Program-made: the position numbers and the translations under genes
Shown here: piece by piece, positions 41,627 to 52,475 of the stretch
How the letters are laid out: each line of letters opens with the position of its first letter
How positions within the stretch are numbered: the first letter of the stretch is position 1
Assembly: GCF_009834535.1 (NCBI RefSeq)
Contig: NC_045698.1
Coordinates: 12,712,001 to 12,776,000, forward strand
DNA length: 64,000 nt
From: Camelus ferus
Lineage: Eukaryota
Direction: 5' to 3'
The notes under the pieces: model-generated
Database searches by the model: none
Told to the model about the DNA's origin: nothing
The model's input: only the letters and a program-made list of their open reading frames with translations

Positions 41627-42852
41627 TTTTTTAAATTTTTTTATTGAGTAATAGCTTTTTTACAATGTTGTGTCAAATTCCAGTGCAGAGCACAATTTTT
41701 CAGTCATACATGAACATGTATATATTCATTGTTGCATTTTTTCTTTTTTGCTATGAGCCACCACAAGATCTTGTATATTTTTCCCTGTGCTATACAGTAT
41801 AATCTTGTTTATCTATTCTGCATTTTAAATCCCAGTCTGTCCCTTCCCACCCCCTGCCCCCTTCGCAACCACAAGTTTGTATTCTATGTCTATGAGTCTG
41901 TTTCTGTTTTGCATTATTTTTTTTTGTTTTTTTAGATTCCTCATATAAGCGATCTCATATGGTATTTTTCTTTCTGTTTCTGGCTTACTTCACTTAGAAT
42001 GACATTCTCCAGGAATATCCATGTTGCTGCGAATGGCATTATGTTGTCGGTTTTTGTGGCTGAATAGTATTCCGTTGTATAAATATACCACATCTTCTTT
42101 ATTCAGTCATCTGTTGATGGACATCTAGGCTGCTTCCATGTCTTGGCTATTGTAAATAGTGCTTCTATGAACATTGGGGTGCAGGTGTCATTCTGAAGTA
42201 GGGTTCCTTCTGGATATATGCCCAGGAGCAGGATTCCTGGGTCATACGGTAAGTCTATTCCTAGTCTTTTGAAGAATCTCCATACTGTTTTCCACAGTGG
42301 CTTTCCTTGCTTCCCTCTCCCACTCTTAATGATTCAGATGTCTTCTTTTACAATTTTGTGTTTATTCTTTTTGTAATTCATGGCAGTTATCTCCTTTCCA
42401 GTTATGAGTTTCTCATTTTTGTAGCATCCTGCTTCTTTTCTATTTAGAGTACACCTGTCAAAATTTCTTTTAGCATGGGTTTAGCGTTGCTAAACTCTTT
42501 TAGTTTTTGCTTGTCTGTGAAGTTCTTTATCTCTCCTTCTGTTCTAAAGGATAGCCTTGCTGGATAGAGTATCCTAGGCTTCATCTTTTTTTCATTCAGG
42601 ACTTTGAATATATCTTGCCACTCCCTTCTGGCCTGTAGTGTTTGTGTAGAGAAATCAGCTGAGAGCCTTATGGGGGTTTCCTTGTAACTCACTCTTTGTT
42701 TTTCTCTTGCTGCCTTTAGGATCATTTCTTTATCTTTGACTCTGGCCATCTTGATTATAATATGTCTTGGTGTGGGTCTGTTTGGGTTCTTCCTGTTTGG
42801 GACCCTCTGAGCCTCCTGTACTTGGATATCTGATTCCTTTAGGTTTGGGAAG
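41627..42852 (-). mobile_element. L1 insertion lacking nearly all of ORF2 (ORF1 C-terminal half + spacer joined to ORF2 end + 3'UTR)
   Basis: An open ORF1p remnant spans about 42444-42850 (FPNLKESDIQVQEAQRVP...MARVKDKEMILKAAREK...RLSADFS...ILYPARLSF). There is an abrupt junction at 42300/42301 and a polyA near 41627. The TSD is catggtttccaaatt (41612-41626) / catagtttccaaatt (42853-42867). Confidence 0.9.
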
Positions 42853-43811
42853 CATAGTTTCCAAATTATGTTGATGTTTACTCTGACACTTACATGATGT
42901 TGTTTGAGATTTTAAGGCAAGGAAAAAAGAATTATTTTATTCCTGTAGATTTCCACTTGAGATATATGCACATAAGTGAATTGTGAACTTCTTCCATCTG
43001 TGGTCACACACTCCTCTGTAAGCTCTGCCTTAGTTGGTACCAGCTGATGGTCTAAATAGTTGTGGGTGTTAACATAGCATCATGGCACATTAGGGATGAA
43101 AGAGGCCTTGGGACCAACCCTGTCATTGGGGATGAGGATGGGAGAACTGAGGCTCAGGATCAAGGACAGTGGTAGAATCACTGGTTTCCCCCATAGCAGT
43201 TATATATTATATAAGAGAGTGAACAGGGAGTCATTTGATGCCTGATCTCTTTGAGCTGCAATCACACTGTTGGTTATCTGGTAGGTGTGTATTGAGGGAA
43301 CAAATTGGTGGTTAGAATAAAGAAGTTTGCTCTTGGGTTTGGAGAGGAATGTTATTTTAAACTGAGCTTTATTTTCCTCATGTTTGTTTTTCAGGGCTAA
43401 GGATGAAAAATATTTTCGTTCATCTCCCTTCGTCTTACCTTTTTTCCTCCATCTTAGAGTCATTATGGAATATTTTGGTGTTTGTTCTGATGTTTGAGAA
43501 AGAAACAGTGATTTTCCCATTTGGATTTCCTTTCAATTTGCCTAATTGAAATTTGATATCACGTATCAAGTGATTCATCTGTAGCATTTATTTCTCGTCA
43601 TCTGGGCAAGAAGCCCTGCATAAAGGCAATTATGTTGGGTAATTCCCAATTATCCACATGCAGCTCAAGCAGATATGTGCTCTTTAAAAATCTCCAAATG
43701 CCATTTCAGGGAAAAAAAAAAAAAAACACAAAGCCAAACAGAAATATACTGTTCTCAGCCAAAAGCCTCTTTTGGAACAAAGTTCTAGATGGCAACAATG
43801 AAAGAGCTAAA

Positions 43812-43900
43812 CCAGGAATTCTTAACCTTGGCACTATTAACATTTGGGGCTGGATAATTCTTTGTTGTGAGAGTAGTCCTATGCATTCTAGAATGTCCTA
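43812..43900. mobile_element. MER20 fragment (hAT-Charlie)
   Basis: ttcttaaccttggcactattaacatttggggctggataattctttgttgtg ... tcctatgcattctagaatg. Confidence 0.85.
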
Positions 43901-44254
43901 GCTCTCTAAAATGCACTCAGTGATGTTTTATAAATGATTCTCATCCATGCATGCATTTCTTTTAGACACCTCAACCCAGCAACAATAAAAGCATGGGCTT
44001 TCACATTTCTAAAAGTACAGGTTAAAAAAATCTTATAACTGTTCACATGAGTAGCAGTTTTCAAAACACTTTAAAATGACATCTAATTTTTTCCTGCATA
44101 AAAGCCTTGTAAGATATGTTAGATGTTTGGTAATAGTATTTTCACCTTCTAGGTGAAGAAACAATTCACAGTTAAGGTCACCCAGCTAGTTCATGCTCTG
44201 ACAGATTTAGAGTTTTAGTCTCTGTCTGTTGCAAATAGCTCCTGTCAGAGAGGC

Positions 44255-44500
44255 TGTCATGGTGAGTGGAGAGTGTGTGACTAGGACTGTTTGGGTTCAA
44301 ATCTTCACCCTACAGATTACTAGCTTTGGGTATTTCATCTAGTAGTTTAATCACTCTGTTTTTCAGTTTTGTCATCTATAAAATTAGGATTATCCATTAT
44401 GAAGTTAGAAGGTACTTCAAAAAGTAGTGTGAGGAATAAATGATCAGTGTTTATACATAGTAAGTGCATAATAAATATAGGTGTTATTATTAACAACAAT
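44255..44500 (+). mobile_element. MIR SINE
   Basis: tgggttcaaatc ... ttactagct ... tcagttttgtcatctataaaattagga ... gtgaggaataaatga ... catagtaagtgc. Confidence 0.75.
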
Positions 44501-44578
44501 AAGAAGAACTATACTATATTTATTAAGAATAATTAATATAGAGATATTTATAATATATTTTTACTATACATATACTAT

Positions 44579-45105
44579 GTTTATTCTACACTATTTTCAA
44601 TAGCCAAGACATGGAAACAACCTAAATGGCCATTGACAGATGAGTGAATAAAGAAGATGCGGTATATATACACAATGGAATACTGCTCATCCATGAAAAA
44701 GAGTGAAGTAATGCCATTTGCAGCAACATGGATGAACCTAGAAATGATCATATTCAGTGAAGTAAATAGTACAGAGAAAGACAAATATCATATGATATCA
44801 CTTATATGTTGAATCTAAAAAAAGATACAAATTTTATTTATAAGCCAGAAATAGACTTATAGACATAGAAAACAAACTGTGGCTACCAAAGGGGAAAGGT
44901 GGGAGAGGGATAAATTTGGAGTTTGGGATTAACGTATATACACTACTATATATAAAATAGATACACAACAAGGACCTACTGTATAGCATTGGGAATTATA
45001 TTCAATTTCCTGTAATAAGCTATAATGGAAAAGAATCACTTTTCTGTACACCTGAAACTAACATCGTAAATTAATTACACTTCAATAAAAAATAAAATTT
45101 AAAAA
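44579..45105 (+). mobile_element. 5'-truncated L1 3' end
   Basis: aatagccaagacatggaaacaacctaaatg ... atgccatttgcagcaacatggatgaacctaga ... cttcaataaaaaataaaa. Confidence 0.9.
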
Positions 45106-45119
45106 TGAATAAATATTAC

Positions 45120-45340
45120 AGAGATAGACTGTCTGGATTTGAAGTCAAAACTCCATAACTTGTGAGCCACATGACCCTGCCACACTGATGTATCTTCTCT
45201 CTGCCTTAGTTTTCTTCTCCATAGAAGAGAGAAGATGATAATAATGTGGACTACCTTACCTCACAGAGTTTTTTGAGCATTAAATGCCACATACCAAAGC
45301 ATCACTACAGTATTTATTATTCACTAAATACATAAGCAGT
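45120..45340 (+). mobile_element. MIR SINE
   Basis: gactgtctggatttgaagtc ... ctctctgccttagttttctt ... acctcacagagtt ... attaaatg. Confidence 0.7.
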
Positions 45341-47169
45341 TTTTCCAGGCTCAGCTAAATTTAGGTTTAGCCTGAATAGTTCTGTCTGGATAATACCTTC
45401 TTCAGTCAGGATTTTTGTTGGTAATCCAGAGAAAGCAACACTTGTCATATTAGGCTACAAGGACGTTTTGGGACAAATACTGTGAGACAATCAGAGCAAA
45501 GCTGGAGGATGTCTGGGTCTAGAAAATGGTCAGATGCCAAGAGAAGCCAAAAGTCTGGGATCAGTTGCTTCAGCGGGAGTCACCCAGCAGGGTCAGAGTG
45601 GATGCTGTCACTGTGGTCTCTAGGTCCCCACACCCACTGGAGGGTCAACGAGCCAGGAGAGGGGTTTGCTCGACTTCCCCTGGATCCAGGGGGCTGGAGG
45701 CAGACAGGCAGCCTCTTGCACAGCCCCTGTGGTGGATGGGCACAGTCCCTCCCCAGAACTGCGCAATATGTGGGAAAAGGCAATTCCCAAGCAGAGCTGG
45801 GTGGAGTTATGACCAGAGGGCTGAGGGCATCTCTTACACTCTCCTGCCAGTGTATTTACTAGAGGAAGAAAGAGACAGAGACAGAAAGAGACATAGAGAG
45901 AGGCATTCCGGGTTTCCCCTCTAACAATTAGTCACTATGGTATTACAAGTAACATTTTATTTTTTTCATTAAAAAATCAGTTAGATCAGTTTTTCTATTT
46001 TATGGCCCGATCATTTGTTTTGAGTAGAGTCACAGTCATTATGTCACTAGTGGGGATAATAATGAGCAACTACTGACTATGGAAGGAGATAATTAAAATA
46101 GTCAAGGAGGAAAAAAGTTAAATCACTTAAACTACTTTTTTTGGACACTTACTATGCACCCAGTGTCACACTGGTGCTGATGACTGAAAATGCAAAAAGA
46201 ACATATATATATATATATTTTTTAGTCTAGGAAGCTAGTGATCTAATAAAGATAAAGATATGTTGAAAACCAAACCAAACAAAAAGTAGCTGGAATATGG
46301 TGTGAAGTGGTCTCAATAAAGACGTATGCAAAGCGCTTTGGAAAAAGAGAGAAATGACATTACGACAATGATGTGAGCTGAGACCTGAAGCAGCACTTGG
46401 TCAGGAAAAATAAGAGGAAAGGCGATACGCCAGAAGGAGAAAAATCAAAGGTGAAAGAAAAAGCATAAGAAAGAGAGAAAGGAGCAAGTTCTAAGCCTGT
46501 TAACTGCTTGTTCCATCACATCTTGTTTGTTTTATTGGCATTGTATGTCCCTTGTGATTTTATTTTTAAAGAAGCGAAGTTGCTGCATAATAGTCAGCTG
46601 TCCCAGCAGATCATGTTTAATGTGAAGAGCTATGTTTCTGGAATAATTTCACATCAGTAGTATTTCTGAAAGTGCCCTCAACCCAGGACTGCCATGGAGA
46701 GAGCAGTTCTGTGAATTCTACTTGGGAAAGGGGAGAAATGCTGGCATTTGATGGAGAACAAGAGATCTCTGCCAACTAATTGCATCTCAACATGGCCTTA
46801 GGCTGATTTTGATAAGACTTAAATCAGCAGGTCTGGCTCAGGTACAGCTGTGGTTGTATCTGTTCAGATTAAGTGCTGCAGAGGGTGGCACGATTGTGGA
46901 ATGAATTAGCGACCTTAATTACCTACTAAAATTAATTAAGGGAAAAGCGGGCATTGGGACAAATGACCCATGTGAGCAATTAGAATAGTTCCAGATACAT
47001 AAGATAAATCTGCCTCTCTTTTCTGCCTAATTACAGTAAAACCATTCAGAATTTACCTCCTTTGAAAAAAAAATATTAAAAGAATCAAATAAATTTGAAA
47101 GAGACAAGTGTACCCTGAGTTTCAATAAAAAATGGGGAATGATGATTCCAGAGTTTGGTCCACTTAGAT

Positions 47170-47496
47170 GAGGGCTCAGCAGACATTTTTTTGTAACGAG
47201 AAAGAGAATAAATGCATGAGGCTTGGGCCATAAATCTGGGTTACAACTATTCAACTCTGCCCTCGTAGTGTGAAAGCATCTGTAGACGATGTGTAAGAGG
47301 CACGGCTGTGCTTTAATAAAACTTTATTTATGGATACAAAATACAAAACTAATTTTCACAGATTATGACATATTCTTCTTCTTTTGATTTTCTTCAACCT
47401 TTAAAAAAAGTACAAACTATTCTTAGCTCTCAGGCTGTGCAAAAACAGGCGGCAGACCAGATTGGGCCCACAGGCTGTATAGAGTGTCACCCCCTC
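47170..47496. mobile_element. MER58B-like hAT-Charlie element
   Basis: caactattcaactctgcc ... gtagtgtgaaagca ... ggctgtgctttaataaaactttattta ... ttcttagctctcaggctgtgcaaaaacaggcggcagaccagattgggccc. Confidence 0.85.
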
Positions 47497-47806
47497 AAAT
47501 AATAAACAAATGATGGAAGGAGAGGACAAAAGAGCTATGGTTCCATGTGGCCCAAATAGGGCAGAGATAAGTAACATATACACTAGCCTAGCACCACAAA
47601 GTATAAAATGAAGTGGGGAGCAAACCGCATTTTCAAAACCTTTCATCAAGTTTTTCATCAAGTTATGTGGCTGTTCTCCAAGGTGTGATTTGATCACATA
47701 TTAACAAACCACCTTCAGAAATTATTCACCATGAAGTACCACTGATCTTGTCTATACAAGAATATGACTTCAAATATCACTTGAACTCAACTGGTTCAAA
47801 TAGCTT

Positions 47807-48466
47807 TTTTGTTTTTTGAGTAAAAGTAGATTTATTTACAGAGATGGACAAGGTGTTGCGGGGTGAGATGGTTGGTTAAAGTAAAGGTAGATATACACTC
47901 CATAGGCAGGGTGCGGGCTGTCTCAGAAGGTGAGAGAGAGAGAGAGAGAGAGGCTAACTCGAGGCCCAGTGTTGCCAGTTTTTAGATGCTAACAAATGAG
48001 AGGATTATTCCAACTACTTTGGGGAAGGGGTGGGGATTCCCAGGAACTGGACCACTGGCCTCTCTTTGACCTTTCCTGGTTAGCTTCGGAACCGTCATGG
48101 CACCTGTGGGCGTACTAGTACATTACAGTGTATAATGAAGCTCAAGGTCTCCTGGAGGTCAAATCTCCCACCATAGTGGGCCTCAGGGTCTATTGGGAGT
48201 TGACTTTTCCGCCATCTCCATGCTAATTGCTGTGTCAATGCTTTAATGTCTGTGTCCCGCCCCCTTCCCTCCTGTCTCATTCCCTCCTCAGAGATTTTAC
48301 TCCCATAATCTTATGGGGGTGCAGAGGGGTGGCGGTCCATCTTCTGTAGCTGCTTCAAGGCTGAGTAGCGGTGTTGACCCTGCCTATCAAGGAGTAAAAA
48401 ATCTCTGAATGCCTAATCTAGGGGTCCCGGGGGCAGGACAGCTTTCTGTTTCTTGAGTCCAAGACA
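47807..48466 (-). mobile_element. Processed (L1-mobilised) copy of an ERV transcript 3' end: internal tail + PPT + U3-R + polyA
   Basis: On the minus strand, internal sequence 48466-48290 precedes a PPT gaggagggaa (48289-48280) and an LTR starting TGAGACAGG at 48279. AATAAA (47836-47831) is followed 13 nt later by an A-tail. The TSD ttcaaatagctt lies at 47795-47806 and 48467-48478. Confidence 0.8.
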
Positions 48467-48752
48467 TTCAAATAGCTTCTAATTGCACTCGAAAATTTCT
48501 TTTAAATTAGTCCAAATTTTTGATAAAACTGATATTTACTGAAAAATGAGATGGATAATGTATCTAACAGCACCAACATAGACTCTGTTAGGCGTGCTGA
48601 GGAGGAGCCATGGTGTGATAATGTCACAGCAGTATTATTAAGTTAGTAGTAGGTACCCCTGAGAAGAGTGACCAGGATAGGATTTTTGTATTGATTTTGA
48701 CTTAGGCCCTCTTTTTCTTTTGTTTATTGGAATGATCTGCTGATTCTCTTCA

Positions 48753-48889
48753 TTTTTAAAAAAATTTATTTTTGAGGGGGGAGGTAATTAGGTTTATTTA
48801 CTTACTTATTTTTTATGGAGGTGCTGGGGATCGGACCCAGGACCTCATGCATGCTAAGCCAGCACTCTACCACTTGAGCTATACCCTCC
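48753..48889 (-). mobile_element. tRNA-Ala-derived SINE (camelid Vic-1 type)
   Basis: Second copy of the element at 46-173, sharing the gaggtaattaggtttattt tail and a ctctaccacttgagctataccctcc head. Confidence 0.9.
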
Positions 48890-51800
48890 TCACTGAATGA
48901 TCTTCTGGTATGCCTTGGCTAGGTCTGTGTCCCACACTATTCTGGTAGATTCCTGGTATCATTATGTTGTTAGCAACTTACTTTTTCTTTGGTTACCATG
49001 ACCCAAAAGTTGAATTTTCTCCCCTACTCAGTCCCAACTTTCCTTCCTTATTGACAAAGTTGCCCACTAACTGTTTTTGTGTTGCACCATTTCTCTGTCT
49101 TTGTTTTTATTTGTCAATTCAAAATCCTGTGGAAGTCTTGGCATGTTGCTCTTTTCCAATGTGAGATATTCTCCCCTGAGAATTGCTCTAGGAAAAAAGA
49201 AAAATAGTGCAGAATACTTTTGCCAAATGTGTATAAATGTCTTGTGGTGAGAAGGGGTTTGTAAATGTCTTGAGTTTTGATGGGAAAAGGGTTGCAGTGA
49301 AATTTTGCCTGGAGGACATCTATCCCGCTATAGAAGTCCTATTAGGCACAGGTCCACGAACCTTACCTTCAAGCATGTTTATAGTCTTACACATATGTGC
49401 ATATATAGTTATTGTATGTGTAGTTATAAATTATATGCGTATGTTTCTGTGTACATTACAAGCACATGGGCAACAGAATTTCAGAAGGTCAAGATGCAAA
49501 TAAAAATCGATGTTCTAGTGTTTTTCTTATTCAGTCTGGTAAATTGCTTTGTGTGCTCTGGGTGCATCTTCCACTCTGGAGAGCGAATATCCCATTGGCT
49601 CTCGTAGCTGAGATGAGAGGCCGCCTGTTTTCTGCTTCACTAAGGTTTTGTGTTTTAATGGCTTCATAGAACACTGAGTCATATTTTTGTTCATTTGGGT
49701 GTGAGGATACAGAATTAAACCTACGGGATATTATTTTCACTTGTGGCCTATGATGAGTTTAGGGAGTCTGGCGATTTCCACGATGAAGCAGGTTGTTGCT
49801 GGAGGACCACCATGCTGATGCAGCTTGTTGGGGAGCGAGGAGCCTCATGGTCAGTGTTACAGTGCAAATCCCACAATGCCATGCCAATTTATTTTGGCAC
49901 AAGCTGAATTTTATATTCATTCTGATGACTGACTTGAGGCAAAAACGGTCAGTTTTGAGGGAGTTTACGATTTTTCTAATTGCTACCCAGGGGCACCATT
50001 TAGCCCCTTTATGGTGGGTGCATGTCATTTTATGCTACAGTGGTGGAACCCAGCACCATGCATATAAGAAAGTGTCTAATCATCTCTCTACCATAAGTTT
50101 AAGACACTGTGATATCCCTTCCCTGCATAGTTGGATGTAAATTTTCATCTAAATATTGAGTAAAGGGATCGCAAATGTTAGTGACTAGACAGTGATAAAC
50201 GCAGAGATTAGAAGTCTTCCTAGCCCCTTTGCGCTCACTGTGCTTGTTGTACTCACCTAGTCTCAGCTTTTAAATACTTTCTCAGTTATTTGAAAGAAGA
50301 GATAGATCTGCCAAACCAGGTTTCACTTCTGAAAGGGTACGTTCACAAAAGGTGGTGTCAAGAAAACCAAAGTAATAACATAATTTCTTTTAGAAATGCT
50401 GAGGAGGTGTGGTCAGCCAAAAGGGAAGGAAGATGTCCGAGGAGGGTCACTATCTCTTCTGTACTCGAAGAGACAGTAAATGGCAATTTGGGGAAAATTA
50501 TCTGCCAGACTGCATTCTCTCATCCTGATCTTGAACCTCACATCTACATTCATCTTAATCATGAAAATATGGAAGTGAATAGGATTAATTAGCACATTTT
50601 GAAATGGTATCAAGATAGAGCCTATTTTAAAATCAAATTAAGAATGGAATTAATAGAAATGGACATAAATAGGTGAGTAAAGCAGTAACGCTCATTAGAA
50701 ATATACAAACAATAACACAGTGCACAGATGGGCTGATATTTAATATTGGGCTGAAGGTCTGGAATGAACATAGAGTTTTACTGGAAATGGAAATGGCATT
50801 TTACTGGCAAGCAGGAAAAGTAATAACTGGCTACTTGGGATAATTCCTAATTGAGGACTTAATAGACTTTGGCTTAATAGACACTTTTGAGATTTGAGTT
50901 AAGCTAGGAAACTAATAGCTTTTATATTAATTAACATGTCAGTGATAGATTAAAATATCTGAAGTAAAGTTGGTGGTGGTTTCTGAAACAGTTACGAAAC
51001 ATACTAGTAGGATCAGTAATATCGACATTATATTGGTGGTTGAGAATGTATATTCTGAGACCAACGTAGTACAGGGATACCAAGATTTGATAAATTTGTT
51101 TAAGCCAGGCTAGGAACCATATGTTTACATTTGAGTTTCTGCCATCAACAGTGCATTTAACACGGCCAACAAATGTACTCTGGAGTGAGTAACAAAATCA
51201 GAGCAGGAGGCACGAAAGTCAATATTCAGTATGCTTGAATAGGATATATGACTCCAACTTCGCAGGCCAAATTCAATATCTACTCTACTGTAAATTTTTG
51301 CCAAATATGTATTAATATTCATTATTCCTTCCAAGGCATTTTGGACATTAATAAAGACTCAAGGGAGAAATGGACACTTTGGCAACTTCGTGGCCATTTT
51401 GAAACGGAAAGACGCCTAATGCTAAGTTTAGACTGTCGGTTTGTGATGTTTATAGATTTGGTATCACACTGTCCTGTGAGTTCTAAAGACAAATATTCTT
51501 TAAAAAGTCTCACAAAACTTCTGAGCATTAAATAGCCTTTCACAAATAACATCTTGGTGAGTTGGATGTAAATAAGCCAAAACCATGAGTAATAGGTTGC
51601 TCTGGGCTTCTACATGAAGGGGGAGAGTACATGGTTAACTGTGACCAGACACTGTAACTGTAGTTTCTATTAAGTGTTTGAAGGAAGAATTGTTTGATTC
51701 AACAGTTTTATCAACTGCCTGCCTCTCTTCTACTGAACACCTTTCCTGGGTTGAGCCAGCTGCCTTTTAGGTAGAATTTGATCCAGTTCCCAAGCCTTAT

Positions 51801-52287
51801 TTATATCTTTGTGGCAAATTTGTTTTCTTCCTCTCCTTCTGTGAGCCTTTTTGCATACTTCTCAAATTCGATATATTTCTCAAATTCCATATATATTCAA
51901 ATGACTTTATCTTTTCTTTGCAATAGCTCCCACAGTTATCTTTTTCTTCTCTCTCTCTTTCTTGAGAATATAATCAAATATTATTAGAAAAGTTCCCAGT
52001 GAGGCTAGAGGTCATCTTAGGTACCTATGAGGACAGCAAAGATCAGAAAGATAACTTTGATTGTCATGGGAGTTTGGTCCTGAAGTGCAGGTCTGTGATT
52101 TTGACCATGGGTCAAATCTCACTTTGTTTTGGGGCATCTGTGAAAGGCCTTTGGATTCTGATAGCTTCCTTTTTCAATTTCCTCTGCCCGATTTCTTAGG
52201 GAAAATTACCTGTTCTTCCATTTACCAAATACTTAACTGATACGTACCAGGTGTTTTGCTAGGGGCTGGGAGCCAATGTATCCCTGG

Positions 52288-52475
52288 TAGGACCAGCTAC
52301 ATAATTAAAAGAATTCAGTGCAAAATAAAAATGCAAGGTTCCTTGTTCAAAACTTATTAAGAGTCTCAAGATGGCAGGAGCAGGGCCTCAGGCCAGGTGT
52401 AGGGCTCTTCTGAGTCCCAGGCTCTGTGTGACTGGCTGCACAGGTCACACATGCGTAAAGCCAACCCCAGCCCTG
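52288..52475. mobile_element. MER45A-like hAT-Tip100 element
   Basis: aggaccagctacataatt ... cagtgcaaaataaaaatgc ... ccttgttcaaaacttattaagagtctcaagatggc ... ctgcacaggtcacac. Confidence 0.8.

Noticed and set aside
42444..42749. 101-aa ORF as a host gene
   Set aside because: It is the C-terminal part of L1 ORF1p inside a 5'-truncated insertion.
45482..45924. Overlapping 126/132-aa ORFs
   Set aside because: No recognisable domains. This is a locally GC-richer tract that looks like a decayed MaLR LTR.
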